This document shows positions 18,511-26,940 of a stretch of DNA of 36,448 nucleotides, piece by piece (positions within the stretch are counted from its first letter, which is position 1; the number at the start of each line of letters is the position of its first letter). Under the pieces are notes generated by a model. That model saw only the letters and a list, made by a program, of their open reading frames with translations, ran no database searches and had not been told where the DNA came from. A program made the position numbers and the translations under genes. Source of the stretch: an uncultured Clostridia bacterium (GTDB lineage: Bacteria; Bacillota; Dehalobacteriia; UBA4068; JAAVYR01); NCBI GenBank assembly GCA_946562005.1, contig CAMNVD010000003.1, positions 1 to 36,448 of the forward strand, in the 5' to 3' direction.

Positions 18511-18975
18511 TTATTTCTTTTTCTGTTGTTCTAAAACTTTCTTGTAAAACCTTCCTTCAATCGCTTCTTTTGCCCCAGCTTGCAGTTCTTCAAATTCTGA
18601 TTGTGTAAATTTCGCCTGGTGTCCATCTTTTCCCAATTCAGCAGTATAACTTTCGCCTTCTTCATTTTCTGGTGTAAAGTCAACGGAAAAGCCCATTTCT
18701 TTCAAATAAGCTGTTACCGCCCCAAAGCGTGCTACATTTTCGCCCATATCAGGATATTGCTTATCAAATTCTTCCCAAATGGAAGTATCAGCTAAATCCC
18801 GCAAGTGAACGCCCAAAGCCTTAGCAATTTTGATTAGTATATCTTGCTTAGGTTCACGCTGTTCCTTTTCATATCGCATGATGGCAACACCTGATAAACC
18901 AACCATATATCCTAATTCCTCTTGCGTGTATCCTTTTTCTTTTCTGAAATGCTTGATATTTTCGCCTACGGTCAT
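18511..18975 (-). CDS. XRE-family master repressor (Stl/ImmR-like)
   Basis: HTH (TQEELGYMVGLSGVAIMRYEKEQREP); GAAGGTG RBS before ATG 18975; same strand as int. Confidence 0.88.
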   Translation of the reverse strand: MTVGENIKHFRKEKGYTQEELGYMVGLSGVAIMRYEKEQREPKQDILIKIAKALGVHLRDLADTSIWEEFDKQYPDMGENVARFGAVTAYLKEMGFSVDFTPENEEGESYTAELGKDGHQAKFTQSEFEELQAGAKEAIEGRFYKKVLEQQKKK

Positions 18976-19002
18976 AAATTCACCTTCTTTCAAATTACCA
19001 AT

Positions 19003-19101
19003 AGTATATACTAAAACAACCAAAATGTCAAATTGTTTTTGAAAACCCCTTGACAATCAACCAAAATGTCAGTATAATATAGAAAAACAACCGAAACGGT
19101 A
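19003..19101. promoter_or_regulatory. Divergent promoters with repressor operators
   Basis: Rightward TTGACA(19050)-17-TATAAT(19073); leftward TTGACA(19031)-17-TATACT(19008); CAACCAAAATGTCA at 19017 and 19058, variant CAACCGAAACGGTA at 19088. Confidence 0.8.
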
Positions 19102-19135
19102 GTTTTCCAGCGGGAGTAGAAAGGCGGTAGCAGAT

Positions 19136-19810
19136 ATGAAAGAAACAAGTTTGAAACCCGTGATTGAAAAACTTGAAAATTTATTTTCAAAGTTCAATGA
19201 AAAGTTCTATAACGGTGAACTTCAAGCCCCCGTTATCACGGTAAGCCCGGACACAACAAAAGGTGCTTATGGGTGGTGTACCGCTTGGAAGGCGTGGAGC
19301 GTTGGCGAACAGAAAAAAGTTGCTGACCTTGCAACCCTGACAAAAGAAGCCCTTGAAGCAATGAAGAAAGATGATGGCTTCTATGAAATCAATATTTGTG
19401 CGGAACACCTTGCAAGACCTTTTGAACAGGTTGCGGAAACCCTCTTACATGAAATGGTTCACCTTTACAATCTGCAAATTGGGGTTCAGGACACAAGCAG
19501 GGGCGGCACATACCACAATAAGAAATACAAAGAAGCGGCTGAACAGCACGGCTTGACGGTTGAAAAGGATGCAAAATACGGCTGGACTAAAACAAGCCTG
19601 AATGATGAAGCAAAAGCCTTTGTTGCCGGGATGCAGGATAAGAAGTTTGAACTTCACAGAAAGAGCCTTCCGAAAATCCCCGGTGCAGCTAAAACAAAGC
19701 AGAGTTCCCGGAAATATGTTTGCCCCGTGTGCGGGTGCATTATCAGGGCAACAAAGGAAGTTCATGTTATATGCGGCGATTGCAATGTAGAGTTTGAGGA
19801 AGAAGCCTAA
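19136..19810 (+). CDS. SprT-like zinc metalloprotease with C-terminal Zn ribbon
   Basis: TLLHEMVH (HExxH), YHNKKYK, CPVC...CGDC. Confidence 0.85.
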   Translation: MKETSLKPVIEKLENLFSKFNEKFYNGELQAPVITVSPDTTKGAYGWCTAWKAWSVGEQKKVADLATLTKEALEAMKKDDGFYEINICAEHLARPFEQVAETLLHEMVHLYNLQIGVQDTSRGGTYHNKKYKEAAEQHGLTVEKDAKYGWTKTSLNDEAKAFVAGMQDKKFELHRKSLPKIPGAAKTKQSSRKYVCPVCGCIIRATKEVHVICGDCNVEFEEEA

Positions 19811-19846
19811 ACAGCTTCTTCCCCACCCAAAGAAAGGAAGCTGACT

Positions 19847-20008
19847 ATGAAGCGAATGAAAAGAAAAACCGTTTGGGCGTATTTAGACGGAAAGAAACTT
19901 GTTGATGTAGTGAAAGCAGCCCTTGATAATAATATGATGGTTGACGATATGAAAGCCATTCTGATTAAAGAAAATCCGGGGCATGAAGTAACTTTCAAAT
20001 GTGAATAG
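19847..20008 (+). CDS. Small hypothetical protein (53 aa, not in ORF track)
   Basis: GAAAGGAAG RBS; MKRMKRKTVWAYLDGKKLVDVVKAALDNNMMVDDMKAILIKENPGHEVTFKCE. Confidence 0.7.
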   Translation: MKRMKRKTVWAYLDGKKLVDVVKAALDNNMMVDDMKAILIKENPGHEVTFKCE

Positions 20009-20067
20009 CCCACCTGATGATGGCAAAGTTGGTTACTTGCCGAAATCCCCAATATGGGGATCGTGGG
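20009..20067 (+). ncRNA. Type I hammerhead ribozyme
   Basis: Stem I CCCAC/GTGGG, CTGATGA core, stem II GGCAA/TTGCC, GAAA, stem III TCCCCA/TGGGGA, AUC cleavage triplet (cut after 20062). Confidence 0.8.
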
Positions 20068-20099
20068 AAACCACAAAATCAAACAAGGAAGGTGATAAT

Positions 20100-20336
20100 G
20101 TGAAAATTGATAACAGTAAGTTGGATGTGTTGTTAGCCCGGCGTTGCATGACGATTGCAGACTTGCGAAAAGAAGCATCTTCACAAACCCTAACAAGAAT
20201 TCGACGGGGTGAAAGTGTAAAACCTATCACAGCCGGAAAAATCGCCCTTGCGTTGGGTGTGGATGTAACTGACATTATCGAAAATACCGCTGCAACGGTT
20301 GATAATGGTAAACAGGGGATTTCCGAAGCAAAATGA
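20100..20336 (+). CDS. Cro-like HTH protein
   Basis: GGAAGGTG RBS before GTG 20100; SSQTLTRIRRGESVKPITAGKIALALGVDVTDII. Confidence 0.75.
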   Translation: MKIDNSKLDVLLARRCMTIADLRKEASSQTLTRIRRGESVKPITAGKIALALGVDVTDIIENTAATVDNGKQGISEAK

Positions 20337-20433
20337 AACAGTTTGAACAATCGGCGGCAATGCTGCAACATTCGCCGCAAAATCAAAATCAGGATGAAGT
20401 TTTAGAAAATATAGGAAAGGGGGGATTGTTAAG

Positions 20434-22425
20434 GTGCTGACTTTAGAAGAAGTTGGAAGAATCATATTCAACAATGAATACTGGAAAGGCGGCAACGGCG
20501 GGAATTTCAAAGCCCCGTACAATAACAATGCCCCAAAGCCATTTGAAGAAGCCAAACAATACCGCTACATTTGCGGTGTAATTCAGGAATTTGTTGTTAT
20601 GGTGGATATTGATGATGAAGCCGCTTTTCAATGCAGATTGAACATTGCAAAAGCATTGAAGCAGCATTGTATTGTTATCAAATCACCAAACAAAGGCGGG
20701 CATTTTTATTGGTTCAATCGTGAGATGCAGCCAATCAAGAACAACAGCGGCAACAAAACGCTTCTGACATTGTACCCGGTAGATTATAAAACCGGAATAC
20801 GGCGAATTGAAAGCACCGGGGAAATTAAGAAAGCGAAGTGTGCAGCTTCCCTTTCAAAAGAAGATGGTTCTTTGCGTGAAATCCTCTATGCAAATATCCG
20901 GGAAGATGGAACGCTGGATGAAGTGCCGTTCTATGATTTGCCGCTGAAATCCGGCGCAAAGCATGAGTTCTTGAACATGGGTGAAGGTGACGGAAGGCAG
21001 GACGGGCTTTTTACTTACATGAACCCAATGAAGGCGGCGGGCTATTCCTATGAACAGTTCAAAGAAATTGCTGAATTGATTGAACAATTTGTGTTTGCCA
21101 TTCCTTTGGGTGATGAATTTGAAAATGCAATCCGGCGTGAAGCGTGGGATTCTGTTGATGCCGTAGATCAGGAACGCTTTTTCAGCAAGGGAAAATTCCT
21201 TCATAACAAGTTCGCTGATTATCTAATGGAGAAATACCATATTCGGAAAATCAACGGCTACATTCATAGCTACCAGAACGGGGTTTATATTCCGGGCTAT
21301 GATGCCATTGAAAAAGCCATGCTGAAAGAGATTTCCAGCTTGACACGGACAAAGCAAAATGAAGTGCTGAATTATATTCGGATTCAGGCAGCGGAAATCC
21401 AAAACAGCAAACCCGAACTAATACCGTTCAAAAATGGTTTGCTTGATATTGAACACACTGAACTATTACCGTTTTCCCCGGATTTGGTTGTCACCAATAT
21501 GATCCCGTGGGAATATCGCCCGGAAGCTGTTTCAGAATTGGTTGATGCAGTGCTTGACCGTCTTTCATGCAGGGATGCTGAAATCCGGGCATTGCTGGAA
21601 GAAGTCGGCGGTATGTGCCTTTATAGGGATAACACCATAGGAGGCGGCAAGGCGGTAATTCTGACCGGGGATAAATCCAACGGCAAAAGCACATTCATTT
21701 CAATGCTGCAAGCTATGCTTGGGGCTGACAATGTTTCAAACCTTGATTTTAAGGAACTGGATGGGAAATTTTCAACGGCTATGCTGTTCGGCAAACTGGC
21801 AAATTTGGGGGATGATATTTCAGACAGCTACAAGGAAGATGTTGCGATTTTTAAGAAGATTGTGACAGGCGAACCGATAAAGGCAGAGGAAAAAGGCAAG
21901 CCGCCCTTCAATTTCAAACCCTATGTGAAGCTGGTGTTTTCAGCAAACAGTATTCCCCGGATCAATGATTCAACGGGTGCAGCCTTGCGACGATTGCTGA
22001 TTATTCCCTTAAACGCAAAGTTTTCCGAAAATGATTCCGGCTATGATCCGCAAATTCGGTTGAAGCTATCACAGAAAGAAGCCGTTGAATATTTCATAGT
22101 GCTTTCGATTCAGGGCTTGCAGCGGGTGTTGACAACAAAGAAGTTCACTATTCCGGTAAAGGTGCAGGATGAAAAGGATTCCTATGAGAAAGAAAACAAC
22201 CCTGTTTTGGCATTCATTGATGAAATCGGTACAGATGAAATTATCAATGAACCTACTGCAAAGGTATATAGCCGCTATTGCGAATTTTGCCTTGCGAATG
22301 GATTTAAGGAAATGAGCAAGCTAACTTTTTCAAAGCGGATCAATCAGGCGTTGGGAACAAAAGTTACAACAGCACATACCGGAACGGGTAAAAATCGAAA
22401 ATCTATAAAAGTATTTTCGTTGTGA
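20434..22425 (+). CDS. Primase-helicase (prim-pol plus P4/D5-like SF3 helicase)
   Basis: VDIDD and KGGHFYW primase motifs; Walker A GDKSNGKS; ANLGDDI, FSAN and RRLLIIP motifs. Confidence 0.92.
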   Translation: MLTLEEVGRIIFNNEYWKGGNGGNFKAPYNNNAPKPFEEAKQYRYICGVIQEFVVMVDIDDEAAFQCRLNIAKALKQHCIVIKSPNKGGHFYWFNREMQPIKNNSGNKTLLTLYPVDYKTGIRRIESTGEIKKAKCAASLSKEDGSLREILYANIREDGTLDEVPFYDLPLKSGAKHEFLNMGEGDGRQDGLFTYMNPMKAAGYSYEQFKEIAELIEQFVFAIPLGDEFENAIRREAWDSVDAVDQERFFSKGKFLHNKFADYLMEKYHIRKINGYIHSYQNGVYIPGYDAIEKAMLKEISSLTRTKQNEVLNYIRIQAAEIQNSKPELIPFKNGLLDIEHTELLPFSPDLVVTNMIPWEYRPEAVSELVDAVLDRLSCRDAEIRALLEEVGGMCLYRDNTIGGGKAVILTGDKSNGKSTFISMLQAMLGADNVSNLDFKELDGKFSTAMLFGKLANLGDDISDSYKEDVAIFKKIVTGEPIKAEEKGKPPFNFKPYVKLVFSANSIPRINDSTGAALRRLLIIPLNAKFSENDSGYDPQIRLKLSQKEAVEYFIVLSIQGLQRVLTTKKFTIPVKVQDEKDSYEKENNPVLAFIDEIGTDEIINEPTAKVYSRYCEFCLANGFKEMSKLTFSKRINQALGTKVTTAHTGTGKNRKSIKVFSL

Positions 22426-22610
22426 TGGCACGATTGCGGCACGATTTGGCACTATTGGCGGCACTGTAAAAAGTAATAGAAGTCAATAATGGCACTGTTG
22501 GCACTGTTACGCAGAACTTCTATATAAGAAAAATGATGTTACTTTTATCATAATTTTTTAGAAATATAAGGATATATATAGAAACGCTTAAACCGTGCCA
22601 ACCATGCCAC
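22426..22610. repeat. Putative replication origin (GGCAC iterons around an AT-rich core)
   Basis: GGCAC at 22427, 22438, 22448, 22460, 22491 and 22500; AT-rich 22520-22590; inverted GTGCCA/ATGCCA at 22595 and 22604. Confidence 0.75.
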
Positions 22611-22619
22611 AAATGAATA

Positions 22620-22637
22620 TTGAAAATTAACTTTCAA
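22620..22637. promoter_or_regulatory. 18-bp palindromic site TTGAAAATTAACTTTCAA (copy 1)
   Basis: Exact copies at 24785 and 30182. Confidence 0.7.
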
Positions 22638-22652
22638 GAAAGGCGGTAAACT

Positions 22653-22862
22653 ATGGATCAGGTAAAGATGGAAGAACGCACAGAAATTGAAGGGGTGTTT
22701 TGCCCGTTCTCCGGTAGATTATGCCGGATGAATTGCAGATTTCTAATTGATGTTGAAGAAGGCTGCATAATTGAACAGGGTTGTAAAAACCTTGAACGGA
22801 TTCGGGAAACCCTTGATGAAATGCAGGAACAGGGATTTCAAAAAACAATATATGAGGATTGA
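22653..22862 (+). CDS. Small Cys-rich hypothetical protein
   Basis: GAAAGGCGG RBS; CPF...C...C...C pattern. Confidence 0.65.
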   Translation: MDQVKMEERTEIEGVFCPFSGRLCRMNCRFLIDVEEGCIIEQGCKNLERIRETLDEMQEQGFQKTIYED

Positions 22863-22879
22863 GAAAGGCGGTAAGCACT

Positions 22880-23146
22880 ATGTCAAATGAATTTGTATTG
22901 AACAGGGAAACAATGAACGAACTTGAAACATTTTCAGCGAAGTTTGAACAAATGCGGGGATTGGTTGAATTCCTGAAAGTATTTGTTTGGGGCGAAGTCA
23001 CTGAACGGCATGAAGGCAAGGAAATTGAAAGGCTTGGTTGCTTGGTGGATGCGCTTCTTGATGTATCAATCAGCCGGGAAAATAATTTAGAAACGATTAT
23101 CAAGAAAATCAACACCTTGCCCGATTCGGTAGAAAGTGGTGATTGA
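22880..23146 (+). CDS. Hypothetical protein
   Basis: GAAAGGCGG RBS before ATG 22880; tightly packed operon. Confidence 0.65.
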   Translation: MSNEFVLNRETMNELETFSAKFEQMRGLVEFLKVFVWGEVTERHEGKEIERLGCLVDALLDVSISRENNLETIIKKINTLPDSVESGD

Positions 23147-23314
23147 ATGAAAATCAGAGTTGCATATACAGAGGGCGAACAGGACAAGAAGAAACTGCTT
23201 GAAGAAGCTGCAAAAGCCCTGTTTCCTGATACCAAAGTGAGAGAAACAGCCCCGAAAAACGGCTTTTTACATACGGTTTTGACCGTGCCAAAGCCCGAAA
23301 ATACCACAAAATAA
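23147..23314 (+). CDS. Small hypothetical protein (55 aa, not in ORF track)
   Basis: Starts right after the upstream TGA; MKIRVAYTEGEQDKKKLLEEAAKALFPDTKVRETAPKNGFLHTVLTVPKPENTTK. Confidence 0.6.
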   Translation: MKIRVAYTEGEQDKKKLLEEAAKALFPDTKVRETAPKNGFLHTVLTVPKPENTTK

Positions 23315-23324
23315 GGTGTTTCAC

Positions 23325-23473
23325 TTGACGGATACCCCCTATATATGGTATAATTATCAAAAATAAATATGGCGTGAGTACCGCATACCCCGCTTGTGGG
23401 GCGTGTTAGTCTTGATTTCAAGGCATGGGAAGCAATCAGACGGAAACCGTCTTTTTGTTGCTCATGCCTTTTT
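23325..23473 (+). promoter_or_regulatory. sigmaA promoter with structured leader
   Basis: TTGACG-18bp-TATAAT (TGn extended); hairpin AAGGCATG...AGACGGAAACCGTCT...CATGCCTTTTT. Confidence 0.55.
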
Positions 23474-23505
23474 CATTTGGAAATTACAGAAAAGAGGTTA
23501 AAAAC

Positions 23506-24249
23506 ATGACGAAAGATCAGTTGAAAAAATATCTTGATGGCGTGATTGATGATATTCGCACCTTGTATATCAAGACACAGGAAAAGTTGCGGGAGATTCA
23601 AAAGAAAGCAAACAGCGAATGGACAACGGTTTATAATGTTCCGGTTCATATGACACCGGATCAGCAAGCGGCGAATGCGGCGGTTATGCAGGATGCCGCA
23701 AATAAACTGAATCAGGAATACAAAGAAGCTGTTGAAAAGGCAATTCAGGAAGCCACAGATACGATTGCAGCGGTGAAGAAATCTGCAATTCAGGATTTAA
23801 CCGCCGCTGAACCCGTTCCCACCGATATTCAGTTGCGGATGGCTGAACAGATCAAGAAAGAGTACAGAAACGGCAATAACGCCCTTTCCCTTGACCGGGT
23901 AAAGCAGTTTGAAGCTGATATGAATTATCATGTGGAAAATGAAACGGTGAAGGCATACCCCTTCTATTTGGCGGCTAAAGACCTGTTCCCGGATAATGGC
24001 GGCAATGCGGATATTCTGAACGCTGCATATATGAAGTTGTTCCCAGCGATTGCTGAAAAGCAGGATGTTCTTGATGGAATTGGAGAGTGTGAACGCTTTT
24101 TCAGGGCGGCAATTATCACACATAAACTTGATACGATTACCGCCATAAATTCAGAAGCAGATCAACTTGAAGTAATCCGTTTGAAGGAAGAACTTGCTTC
24201 ACTTGGCGAAATTGGAAGCCTGAATCAGCGTGTTATTCAATATTCATAA
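23506..24249 (+). CDS. Hypothetical helical/coiled-coil protein (247 aa)
   Basis: GAGG RBS before ATG 23506; Ala/Glu/Lys-rich helical sequence. Confidence 0.7.
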   Translation: MTKDQLKKYLDGVIDDIRTLYIKTQEKLREIQKKANSEWTTVYNVPVHMTPDQQAANAAVMQDAANKLNQEYKEAVEKAIQEATDTIAAVKKSAIQDLTAAEPVPTDIQLRMAEQIKKEYRNGNNALSLDRVKQFEADMNYHVENETVKAYPFYLAAKDLFPDNGGNADILNAAYMKLFPAIAEKQDVLDGIGECERFFRAAIITHKLDTITAINSEADQLEVIRLKEELASLGEIGSLNQRVIQYS

Positions 24250-24268
24250 GAAAGGCAAGGTGTAGATC

Positions 24269-24439
24269 ATGTTCAAGGTATCAAAGAAACCGAAAACCCC
24301 TAATATGATTTGGGATAGTGAAAAGAACTGTTTGCTTTGCAAATTTGTAAAGGGCATTTTTGAAACTGATGATGCGGGTGTGGCTGATAAGCTGGAAAGC
24401 ATGGGGCATACAGTAACAGAGATTCCGAATGAATCTTAA
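24269..24439 (+). CDS. Small phage-like hypothetical protein (56 aa, not in ORF track)
   Basis: AAGGTG RBS; MFKVSKKPKTPNMIWDSEKNCLLCKFVKGIFETDDAGVADKLESMGHTVTEIPNES. Confidence 0.65.
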   Translation: MFKVSKKPKTPNMIWDSEKNCLLCKFVKGIFETDDAGVADKLESMGHTVTEIPNES

Positions 24440-24511
24440 CTTTTCAAATGGGGGTTGTGGGGACTTTCTCGCAATCCCCATTGTGCTATCAAAATGAAAG
24501 GTGTGAAGCAG

Positions 24512-24784
24512 ATGAAAGCATTAGACAGGCTTATTATTAAGGCGAAGAAGAAATGCGGTGTTGACCGTTTGGAAGTCGGCTTTATTTCCCCATCTGAAAA
24601 GCAAAAGGGGAAATGGGTTGCAAGGGGTGACATTTGGAACGGTGTACCCGGCAACGGTGTTAGGTCAATTATGTATGGCGAATATGATTCTGTTGAAGAA
24701 GCGGAAAAGGCTTTGAACGAGTTAGCGGAACAATACCCCAATAATAAAGATGTTTTTATATTCATTGAAAATATTCTTGAATAA
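24512..24784 (+). CDS. Hypothetical protein
   Basis: AAGGTG RBS before ATG 24512. Confidence 0.65.
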   Translation: MKALDRLIIKAKKKCGVDRLEVGFISPSEKQKGKWVARGDIWNGVPGNGVRSIMYGEYDSVEEAEKALNELAEQYPNNKDVFIFIENILE

Positions 24785-24802
24785 TTGAAAATTAACTTTC
24801 AA
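24785..24802. promoter_or_regulatory. 18-bp palindromic site (copy 2)
   Basis: TTGAAAATTAACTTTCAA. Confidence 0.7.
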
Positions 24803-24822
24803 AAGTGAAAGAAGGTGATTAT

Positions 24823-25032
24823 ATGGCAAGGCGAAACTTAAAACTTGATACCCCGGATAATATCAGAAAAGCCCTTGCTAAAGTGGCAAATATGGTTTAC
24901 AAAGGTGAACTTGATACAAAGATTGTAAACAGCTTTATTCTTGCCTGTAACGCTATTTTAAGCGGCATACGCACGGATGAACAGGAAAAGAAGATTGCTG
25001 AATTGGAACGGATTATAAACGAAAATGAATAA
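24823..25032 (+). CDS. Small helical hypothetical protein (possibly small-terminase-like oligomerisation fragment)
   Basis: GAAGGTG RBS; helix-turn-helix followed by coiled coil (EQEKKIAELERII); function is a guess. Confidence 0.6.
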   Translation: MARRNLKLDTPDNIRKALAKVANMVYKGELDTKIVNSFILACNAILSGIRTDEQEKKIAELERIINENE

Positions 25033-25061
25033 TCCAATTCAGCGGAAAGGAGATTCGGAGC

Positions 25062-25259
25062 ATGAGAAAACCAATACCCATTTCCGAAACACTGATTCTT
25101 CAAGAAGAAAAACGCCTTCGGGAACAGGCTGGAAATATTATCGCCGCTAAAGAAATTGGAATCAGTCAACAGAGCATTGATAAAATGATTGCTTGTTTCT
25201 CCATTTCAAAGGCGTATTATGACGATCTGAAAAGGCGGTATGAAGAAAATGGAAAATGA
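25062..25259 (+). CDS. Hypothetical protein
   Basis: GGAG RBS; overlaps the sigma factor start. Confidence 0.6.
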   Translation: MRKPIPISETLILQEEKRLREQAGNIIAAKEIGISQQSIDKMIACFSISKAYYDDLKRRYEENGK

Positions 25260-26214
25260 AGAATTGGTTGAACAAATACAAGCCGGGATTAAGCCAACTG
25301 AAAATATGGAACAGCTTTATTTGCAGAACCGTTCTTTCATTTACCAGCAGGCAAAGAAATATGCCGCTTATGCTGATATGGATGATTTAATGCAGGAAGC
25401 CTATTTTGGACTACATGAAGCCGTGAAGCATTACAAGCCCGATAAAGAAACAAAGTTCCTTACTTATCTTCCCTTCCGGCTGCAAAAGGCGTTTCGCCGT
25501 TATATCGACAATAACGGACATACCAAAAGAATTCCGGTTCATTTGGTTCAACGAATTTCAAAGTATAGGAAATATATTTCTGAACAGGCAAAGCAAGGTG
25601 TTGAACCGTCTGATTTTGAAATATGCCGGGATTTGGAATTGTCTGAACAGCAGCTTAAAGATTTACGGAAGGCAATGCGTGAAGCGGAATGTATCAGCAC
25701 AAGCGATTTTGTACCCGGTTTAGATAATATGACCGTGGAAGAATCCCTTGCCGATCCGCTGGGTATGGAAGAACAAGTGATTGATGAAGTCGCAAGAGAA
25801 CAAGCGGAAAGCCTGATCTGGAAGATTGTTGATGAACTGGAAGAACGGCAAGCAGAAGTGATTGTTGGGCGGTATAAAGAATTGGCTACTTTGAAAGAAA
25901 TCAGCAAGCGGTTGAATCTTTCATATCAGCGTATCAGGCAAATAGAAAAGAAAGCCCTATACATTCTACAAAGCAAGCATGAAATCAGCGATATAGCCGA
26001 AATATACGGTTATATGAACGCTTACCGGGGAACAGGGTATCAGGCTTTCAAGAATGGCGGTTCTTCCGTTGAAAACGCAGCTATCAAGCATATAGAAGGA
26101 GAAGCGAGGATCAAGGCAATGCAGCAGAGAATCAAGCAGCAGAAAACGGAAATTCTAACTACTTTGAATATGGATGAACTATTTTCAAAGGTTCTGAACC
26201 TTGCTTCACAGTAA
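25240..26214 (+). CDS. Sigma-70 family RNA polymerase sigma factor
   Basis: Region 2 DDLMQEAYFGLHEAVKHY...KFLTY, KRIPVHL, region 4 TLKEISKRLNLSYQRIRQIEKKAL. Confidence 0.88.
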   Translation: MKKMENEELVEQIQAGIKPTENMEQLYLQNRSFIYQQAKKYAAYADMDDLMQEAYFGLHEAVKHYKPDKETKFLTYLPFRLQKAFRRYIDNNGHTKRIPVHLVQRISKYRKYISEQAKQGVEPSDFEICRDLELSEQQLKDLRKAMREAECISTSDFVPGLDNMTVEESLADPLGMEEQVIDEVAREQAESLIWKIVDELEERQAEVIVGRYKELATLKEISKRLNLSYQRIRQIEKKALYILQSKHEISDIAEIYGYMNAYRGTGYQAFKNGGSSVENAAIKHIEGEARIKAMQQRIKQQKTEILTTLNMDELFSKVLNLASQ

Positions 26215-26230
26215 AGAAAGGGGATTTGAA

Positions 26231-26512
26231 ATGTATAAGCATCAGGAACAGTTTTTGAAAATTACACAGGAGTATAACAGACAGATCAGTTTGCTTTTGG
26301 GTATGGCAGAAAAGGCTAACCGAAAGCAAATTGAACGGCTAACGCCAATTTTGCAGAAATTGAAAAGTTCACTTCAAAAATTGATAAATCAGCAAGAGCG
26401 ATTCAAACAGTGCGTTCATAATCCAGGGAAATATAAAGCCCTCTTGCAGCCTTATATTTCTTTGCTGGATGAAACAAAGGCAGAGATTGAAAAGCTAGGT
26501 GAAAAGACTTGA
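26231..26512 (+). CDS. Hypothetical coiled-coil protein
   Basis: AAAGGGG RBS before ATG 26231. Confidence 0.6.
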   Translation: MYKHQEQFLKITQEYNRQISLLLGMAEKANRKQIERLTPILQKLKSSLQKLINQQERFKQCVHNPGKYKALLQPYISLLDETKAEIEKLGEKT

Positions 26513-26940
26513 ATCCCAATATTGAAGTTATTACGCCGGAATTGTGGGCGGTAAACAGTGGCTACATAAAAGCCGGATGGATTCGGGAATTATCGCCTGT
26601 TCCGGGGCTGGAAAGCGTAAACAAATATGCTTCCCTGACAAATGACGGTATTATGATCCTGAAAAAAGAATCAGAGTTTTACCCGATATTGAAACAGCTT
26701 GTACCTAAAATTATGCTGCATACGGATGAAGAATTGCAACTTTGCCACAAGTTGAATCATAAGGCGGTGCTTGATGATTATGAAAAGCTATATTTGAATG
26801 TTATGGAATGGGAAATTGAAAGGCGGCGTGTTCGGGCGGATTATCTGAACCGCTTCCCCCGCCCAACATTGAAAAACAGGATCAGAAAATTATTGCAGAA
26901 GGTAGGTGAAAAATTTGGCTACTATCAGAACAGCGATTGA
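26509..26940 (+). CDS. Hypothetical protein
   Basis: Overlaps both the upstream stop and the TMP start. Confidence 0.65.
   Translation: MNPNIEVITPELWAVNSGYIKAGWIRELSPVPGLESVNKYASLTNDGIMILKKESEFYPILKQLVPKIMLHTDEELQLCHKLNHKAVLDDYEKLYLNVMEWEIERRRVRADYLNRFPRPTLKNRIRKLLQKVGEKFGYYQNSD

Noticed and set aside
22651-23421. 256-aa minus-strand ORF and other long antisense ORFs in the track
   Set aside because: Shadows of plus-strand genes that have good RBSs; no recognisable motifs
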